Source of the DNA: a virus
Length of the DNA: 64,000 bases
IMG/VR virus record: IMGVR_UViG_3300037391_000010
Span: 91,418-155,417 of that record
Strand: one strand, 5' to 3'
The notes below the pieces were generated by a model. The model was not told where the DNA came from and did no database searches. It worked only from the letters and a program-made list of their open reading frames with translations. The translations under genes were made by a program, and so were the position numbers. Positions 58,117-64,000 of the stretch are shown piece by piece (the first letter of the stretch is position 1; each line of letters opens with the position of its first letter).

Positions 58117-58662
58117 CTACTTAGGAGTCCACAAGGGGAGGTAGTCGAGGTAGCCCTGAACTTGCAGCTTATCCACGGGCACCGTGGCGAACGCCGTAGT
58201 AACTTCGCCCTTGCACGGCTGAGTGCAACCGACGCAGTAGACCGCCGCATTCGTGTCGTTGAATTTGAAAGCCAACACGCCAGCGTGGTCGCGGAGGATG
58301 TTGTAGGTGTGCTCCAGTTCGAAGCTATCGCGGCACGAGAGGATGATGGTTGTGATGGGCTCATAGACAACCAAGCTACCCAACGCACTAATCACCTGTT
58401 TGAATTTCTTAAAACTTTTGACGATGCCATTGAAGAGGAGCAATTCTTTCACGGCGTCGATGACCATGTGGTGCCCCATGCGGCGGACGGCGTGGCACGC
58501 CTGAGCCGCGAGCCGACCCGGAATCTGCACGATGTCGCGAGTCTTGCTGCCGCAAGGAACTCCCGAGAGACGTACAAGACGCTGACCGACAATCGTAGTC
58601 GTCGTCGGATGCTGAACGGTCTCCGCAACTACAACGTAGATTATTTTTTCTTCGGTGCCCAA
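58117..58662 (-). CDS. Peptidyl-tRNA hydrolase Pth2-like protein
   Basis: 'IPGRLAAQACHAV...TTIILS...F.D...TTA....P......YLPLW' matches the PTH2 GK.AAQ..HA pattern; start uncertain. Confidence 0.72.
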   Translation of the reverse strand: MGTEEKIIYVVVAETVQHPTTTTIVGQRLVRLSGVPCGSKTRDIVQIPGRLAAQACHAVRRMGHHMVIDAVKELLLFNGIVKSFKKFKQVISALGSLVVYEPITTIILSCRDSFELEHTYNILRDHAGVLAFKFNDTNAAVYCVGCTQPCKGEVTTAFATVPVDKLQVQGYLDYLPLWTPK

Positions 58663-58906
58663 AATTCACGCTCCTTGCTGTTCGCCTTCTTGTAGTCGTC
58701 GATGATCTTGTACAGGTCCTTGGTCAGCTTCCGCAGCTTTGTCGCTCTGCAATCGAAGGGGGCGATTGGGCTCCCACTCAGGCCGTGTCCCTCTCCGAGG
58801 TTGAAGCCGACGTTATCCTTGCAGCCCACGCAGATGTTGCCAGCCTCGATATGTAGGAGGGCGGCGAGGGCTTCCAACGCGGCAGTGTCGATATAGCGCG
58901 ATTGCT

Positions 58907-59452
58907 TCATTTGATTTTGTAGGTCTTTATCACGTCATTCATCTTCGACATGATGTCATCGTTTTCCTTGGCTATAGGAATTACACCCTCAAACTCTATC
59001 ACACTGCGGCTCTTGGTGTCCAGCTTATCGCCCGCGAACGACCATCTACCAGCCACGTAGTCCTTACCGTCCACATTCCGTGTGTAGCCGAACAGCACGC
59101 CGTACTCATCGCCCGCTTGGTATTCTTTCGTGACTAATTCCGCCACGCCCCTCTCGTCCTCGGTTGCCGCTATCCGCGAGGCGATAACGTCCGCCGCGCT
59201 CAACTTGTCTGTCGGCAGGATCGTCACATTCAGCATAATGTTGCGCGGTGCCTTGTCCTCGCCCATCAAAAGGAGCACTTGCGAGTTGTCCGTCGTCCCC
59301 AGCTTCCAGACGGTGGGATCGTACTGCACACTTACGGTCGGGGTGATCTGCCAGACCGCCAGCTTCGGGATAGCTGGTGACGGTTTAGCAGTCTGCGAGA
59401 ATAGGCTGACGGTGAGCAGCAACAGCAATGGCAACAGGGTGAGTTTTCTCAT
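58907..59452 (-). CDS. Secreted/periplasmic protein
   Basis: Signal peptide MRKLTLLPLLLLLTVSLFS. Confidence 0.65.
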   Translation of the reverse strand: MRKLTLLPLLLLLTVSLFSQTAKPSPAIPKLAVWQITPTVSVQYDPTVWKLGTTDNSQVLLLMGEDKAPRNIMLNVTILPTDKLSAADVIASRIAATEDERGVAELVTKEYQAGDEYGVLFGYTRNVDGKDYVAGRWSFAGDKLDTKSRSVIEFEGVIPIAKENDDIMSKMNDVIKTYKIK

Positions 59453-61832
59453 GCGATCACATCCAGCGGTAGTCCCGCTTGTTCTACCCGATCCCGCACG
59501 CCCGGGTAGCAGTAAGCGTACCATGGGTTCTCCGTGCGGTTGTCAGGGTCGTACATGATCGCCCGCTTGTGATTGGGGTCAATCTCAACCAGTTCGATCT
59601 TCTCCTCGGGCTTGGTCTCGGTGATGATCGCAGGCCCCTTGTTGCGGTCGTAGGAGTAGCCGTGCTTCACGAGCAGGGCGTTCAGTTGCTCGTAGGAGTT
59701 CATCTGGTCGGCGGCACGCCACACACAGCGTCCATCCTTCTCAGCCTTCTCCACGTACTTGAGAAGCACCTGATGCGTTGCCTGAGCCTCGGTGGTGTCC
59801 TTGAAAATCCACATGAGTTCGTCCGATTCGCCTTGTGTACCGGGCTCGAACGCATGACGGCGAGTGCAGCCGAAGTAATACAGGCCGCGCTCCAAATCCT
59901 TCTCGGTGACCCTATCGTTTTTGATCTCCCTCAGGAGAGCGGTGAACGATACGAATAGTTTGCGATTCATCTGGGTCTCCTTTTCATCTCTTTTCGATAC
60001 TCCACTGGCTGACACTCAGGGCATGGAACCGCCCGCAGCGGGTGCTTGGGGTCAGTCGTACCGATGATCGCGTTCTTGCTGCCGTCACAATATACGCAAC
60101 GACGAACGTCGGGAATCGTCAGCCGCTTTGCCGCCATCATGATGAAGTGCCGCAGGTCTGCGCTGTTCTCGATCAACCCATAAGACGTGTTTCTGCCCGT
60201 ATGGAAATTGATGCAAGCAGTCTTGCCCTTGCCGATGACCTTGACGCCGCCCTCGCTAGTCTCGATTCTGACTGGCCGTTCGCGCACGCTTCCCCCTCGT
60301 TTTAATTGCCGCATTGAGCAACTCCGCATTCGCCAGTGTGTCGAGCAACTGGATGGCGAGTTCGAAATTGTTCATCACGTAGTCGTGGTCGGATTCCATA
60401 TACCCCGCCATCGTTTCGTGTTCTCTACGCGGACGTATTTTCGGGCTTGGCATCTGTAATCTTCACTTTCCAGCCGTTTGCTTCGCAGAAACCTAGAACG
60501 GTGTCCGCGCTCACGTTGGTGAAGAAGCAATCGGCCCAATGGTGCTCGTTACCCTCGAAGATGTCACCGTCTTCCACGACTATCCACATAATGGTTGCTC
60601 CCCGCACAGGATGTCGAGAGCCAGTTCCGCCAGCCCCTTCCGTACCGCGTCGAGGCTCCTATCCTTAGCGCCCCGCCCGAACCTGTTCTCGATCACGATC
60701 ATTGGATACGTGTCGCCAGCTAGCAGCCTCCCATGGCTTCGTTCTCAGCGGCATGAATGGCTTCGATGTCGTCTGCATCGGCCTCGGTCTCGAAGCCGTA
60801 CAGGTATCGCATTCGATCTGCCAGCCATTTTGCGCTGCTGGTGTTGACGCTCTCGTAAAGCTTCTGATAGGTCATCGGGTGTCCACCTTCCGCTTGAACC
60901 ATCCGAAGTTGAGGCCGTAGGGCTCGAACTCGATCTCGTCGCCGACCTGAACGTTGTCCTCTGGGCCTGCGATGACGTGGAAGTTCGGGCTCTTACCGTA
61001 CAGTAACACTCGGTCGCCTTGATCGTCAACCCTGCTGACATTGATGAATTTGCTCATAAATTTGCTGGCGGCTCTCGTTTTAACGACCTTCGCTCTTACC
61101 TACAGGAACGGTCACGCTGTCGGCCAGCTTCCTACTTTGGTATTCTTCCCAAGTCTCGCGCTTCACTCGCATCTTGATTACTCGCGATGCGTGGTACTCG
61201 GTGCCGTTGTCGTCGGTGAACGTTACATTCACCTGAACCCTAGCAGTGCGATTCCAGTCTGTCAATTGCTCGTCTAGGCTCATGGCTTCCTCGCCAGTAA
61301 GCTTCAACGTCAACTCGGCGTCCGTGTGCCGCCTCGGGCTGTAATCGTCATGAGCCATAATCTGCATAGGGCGGTTCGGCTTCTAACCGTTCCTTCCCGC
61401 ATCACCTGCGAGTGCTTGTCGCTAAGCCCTCCCCGCTGCTACAGGGTGTCGTCTTCCGTGGGCCGCTCTGTTGCGGAACCCGCCCTATCGCCGCACCGTT
61501 TAGGGTGCGGTCTCTTCTCGTTACAGAACTCGTCCAAGCCTGTTAGCGGCAGGCATCAATTTCAGGTAGTTGGAGACGACCTTCCTCGCCCCCGCTCGCG
61601 CCTGAGGAGCCAGCTTGCGTAGCGAGCGCCCCGCGTCATTCAGTGAGGCGACCGTGCGCTTGGCTTCCTCGAAGTCAACCGTCTGCCCGACTTCTCTCAC
61701 GCTCAGAACCTTGCCGTACCGCCCCTCTTTATCGCTCGTGGCACGAACCTCAACTACCATAGCATTCAGGTTGGGAACCCAATTCGGCATCGTCAGAATT
61801 CCGTAGTGACGCATTACCTTCGGTTTCGCCAT
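59449..61832 (-). other. Small hypothetical CDSs (59449-59970, ~59967-60290, 60256-60453, 60425-60590, 60720-60875, 60872-61057, 61080-61367, 61521-61832)
   Basis: Tightly packed short ORFs typical of a phage early region. Confidence 0.5.
61366..61510 (-). ncRNA. Structured intergenic RNA candidate
   Basis: Closing helix ATAGGGCGG(G)TTC/GAACCGCCCTAT enclosing several hairpins; preceded by the CCGCACC/GGTGCGG hairpin. Confidence 0.5.
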
Positions 61833-61841
61833 AGTCCCTCC

Positions 61842-61982
61842 TCAAAATCTTTGCAGGATGTCACTTCTGCTGGAATGAGCCCGATCCCGTTTCTCAGGGT
61901 CAAAAGATGAACCGACGTAGGCGTAGAGCCCCGTATAAGGACCCCGTACCCATTTGTAGGCGTAAATGAAGCGGATAGTCAT
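61842..61982 (-). pseudogene. Truncated GIY-YIG-like fragment (46 aa)
   Basis: Hand translation MTIRFIYAYKWVRGPYTGLYAYVGSSFDPEKRDRAH..., with IY...YVGS...R..H and an early stop. Confidence 0.45.
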
Positions 61983-63691
61983 TACGCCCCCAACCCCGCC
62001 AACACGCTCAACACCCGCACCATCGCTATCGTGTCTTGTCCACAGTAGGTAAACAGGGCAGTACGAAGCTGCAATCGCCCCTCAGGGGTCATGCTCTTGT
62101 CGTTCAGCAAGCGTTCCCACGCAGGTAGCACTTCAAGCCCACTACCAATAGCCAAGTCCGTGTAGTTCATCTCGGGCACCAACGCAGGCAGCACTTTCTT
62201 GATGGAGAAGCTTCCTCGAAACTCAGGGTGGTAGGTAGTGTCACGGACAACCTCGCACAAGTCCCAAGCTCGCGCCTTGAGCGCCCGCAGGCGCTCGGCG
62301 TACTGCGGATACTGCTTCGCTAAGGGCTCGTTCACATTGTTGAATTCGTACATCGAGTAGGTGATGATGGTGCCCTCGGTGCCGACCGCAGCCAACAGCG
62401 CCTCAATGAACGGCACGCGGGGATCGGTTCCGTCCGCCTCGCCGAGGAACTCTTGATGTGTGAACGTGCCATCCACATCCAAGCGGTCGTTAGATAGCTG
62501 CATCGCGATGGCATCCCACGGCTTGGTATTGGGACAATTCGGGAGGGCGTAAGCTACCGTCTCATAGTCGAGAAAATTGAGCGGGTACGTCAGCTTATTT
62601 TGCCATTCGCTAAGCCTCGGCAAATCAGCTACAACGCCGCCGCTCTTGAGGGCCTTCTGCACGCGGTCAATCTTCTCTCGATATTGAAGGGCGAATTTGC
62701 TGCTGTCGATGTCACAGATCGAAGTGACCCCCTGTCCTCGCATCCCATCAATAGGAGCCCATTTGCCCGCACCGAGAATGTTAGGTATGTTGCTGATGTC
62801 GTCGAGCGGCAAGCCCTTGTGACAGTGCTCGCTGAATTCACATTCGTATGGCTTCGTGCATTGTCCGCCCACGGCAATCTCAGGAGCACTCGGCTGTCCG
62901 AGAATAACAAACAGCGGATTGAGTTGGGCAATCAACTGACTGTCGGGTAGTGGCGTAATCGGCACGGGGATGAACAGTTCAGCGAAATTATACTTGCGGG
63001 TTCCATCGGCGTCCACCGCACCGTCCCATACATACCCTTCGCCCAGATGAGCGTAGGTGTCTGCCGCTACATACGTAGCTACATCGCCTGTGATCTCTGT
63101 GTTACACCCTTTACGGTTCAGGTGCATGATGGTCACGTCGGTCACGTTGATGCCGCATCGCCGCAGGACGAATGCCTGAAAACTAGCGTCCTCGATATGG
63201 TGCTTTTTCACTTTGGTGGATGCTTTGACCTCGCCAACGATGGCACCGACAGCGTAATCACCGTCCTCATCTACGGGAGTGTGCTGCACCGACCACCCGT
63301 CGCCTTTGCGGACGAGGATATCAACTCGAACGATCAATCCGTTATAGTAGAATGCAGCCTCGAAAATGATGCTAACCTTCGGATCGGCCATGGCAGCCTT
63401 AGTTGCCGCAACAGCCTCTTCCCGCTTGTAACTTGGGATATCGATGAGGATACCACCGGGGAACGCCTCTTGAGCGGCTAGTCCAACTTGCGTGCCTTGT
63501 TCTTTGATACTCAGAGCGGTCTTGACGGCAAATTCAGGGTGATTTTTCTGTAACCACAGGCGTTTTTCACATTGGAGGCCCGCGATGAAAGAACTCTTGG
63601 AGATTTGGTGTGCCGAGGGATTGACGATATCCACCACGTTTAGGAGGGCTTCCAACTGAGCCGATAGTTGAGCTACCTTTGCTGTACTCAT
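61982..63691 (-). CDS. DUF2779-domain protein (Cas4/RecB-like nuclease + RNase H-like domain)
   Basis: 'SKS.F..GLQC.KRLWL', 'VDIL', 'EVKAST', 'C..PYECEF..HC', 'FLDYET', 'GSFSIKKVLPAL', 'YC..DT'. Confidence 0.88.
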   Translation of the reverse strand: MSTAKVAQLSAQLEALLNVVDIVNPSAHQISKSSFIAGLQCEKRLWLQKNHPEFAVKTALSIKEQGTQVGLAAQEAFPGGILIDIPSYKREEAVAATKAAMADPKVSIIFEAAFYYNGLIVRVDILVRKGDGWSVQHTPVDEDGDYAVGAIVGEVKASTKVKKHHIEDASFQAFVLRRCGINVTDVTIMHLNRKGCNTEITGDVATYVAADTYAHLGEGYVWDGAVDADGTRKYNFAELFIPVPITPLPDSQLIAQLNPLFVILGQPSAPEIAVGGQCTKPYECEFSEHCHKGLPLDDISNIPNILGAGKWAPIDGMRGQGVTSICDIDSSKFALQYREKIDRVQKALKSGGVVADLPRLSEWQNKLTYPLNFLDYETVAYALPNCPNTKPWDAIAMQLSNDRLDVDGTFTHQEFLGEADGTDPRVPFIEALLAAVGTEGTIITYSMYEFNNVNEPLAKQYPQYAERLRALKARAWDLCEVVRDTTYHPEFRGSFSIKKVLPALVPEMNYTDLAIGSGLEVLPAWERLLNDKSMTPEGRLQLRTALFTYCGQDTIAMVRVLSVLAGLGA

Positions 63692-63730
63692 ACCCCTATT
63701 ATACCCAAAAATGAGGACAAATCGATAGGA
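63692..63730 (-). promoter_or_regulatory. Conserved promoter element, probably leaderless
   Basis: TCCTATCGATTTGTCCTCATTTTTGGGTATAATAGGGGT-ATG. Confidence 0.75.
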
Positions 63731-63755
63731 TTTTTGGGGTTTATTGGGTTTATTT

Positions 63756-64000
63756 TCAAAGACTTAACCCTCGTCTATTTACTTCTATGAGCAACTGTTC
63801 ATTGGTTGCTGACCGTAATGTGGGGGTGGGTCTTCTCGGTCGTTTATTTTTAACCTGTTCTTCCCATGTAGCCCATCGAACATTGCCTGCCTCATAGTGA
63901 CCGTCATTATTTGGAAAGCGGTCAATGGTGTGTTTCGGGCTGGGGCGAGGACCCATCACTTTGAAAAATTCGTAGAAAGATGCAAATCGAAACTCGATGC
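63756..64000 (-). CDS. Partial phage HNH-type endonuclease
   Basis: 'MGPRPS..HTIDR..NNDGHYEAGNVRWAT..EQ'; runs off the window end. Confidence 0.8.
   Translation of the reverse strand, partial: IEFRFASFYEFFKVMGPRPSPKHTIDRFPNNDGHYEAGNVRWATWEEQVKNKRPRRPTPTLRSATNEQLLIEVNRRGLSL

Noticed and set aside
61982-63691. Cas4 as part of a CRISPR system
   Set aside because: It is a DUF2779-type fusion with no cas1/cas2 or array in the window.
1-64000. tRNA genes, rRNA, CRISPR arrays
   Set aside because: No T-loop/cloverleaf, rRNA-like stretch or regularly spaced direct repeats seen by eye. tRNAscan-SE or a CRISPR finder would be definitive.

Overview
This window looks like 64 kb of a large (jumbo-type) bacteriophage genome: densely packed short ORFs, mostly + strand from 1 to ~39.6 kb and - strand from ~39.6 to 64 kb. 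No tRNA, rRNA, CRISPR array or integrase was seen. The TonB and ClpB-D2-like genes resemble Acidobacteriota proteins from memory, which suggests the host (inference). The main feature is a three-gene locus at 19.3-37.8 kb: a pyrophosphatase-RelA/SpoT fusion, a JAB protease, and a 5484-aa polyvalent protein. I read about 30 modules in the giant protein: about 20 ADP-ribosyltransferase-fold domains, 3 GNAT, a SprT protease, an Acb1-like 2H phosphoesterase, GIY-YIG, NUDIX and 2 ParB/Srx. Almost every module boundary carries a K-(T/F/L/K)-(A/G)-(A/S) or VTAA linker, suggesting a protease-processed polyprotein arsenal. Other notable items: a ~320-nt structured ncRNA candidate (42314-42630, -), a DUF3494 ice-binding domain inside a fibre-like protein, host-mimic genes (alpha-CTD, L7/L12-CTD, TonB, FecR, SET, Pth2), an RNA-repair cluster, and two recurring promoter motifs, one often leaderless. 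All domain calls are by-eye motif recognition; no database search was run.
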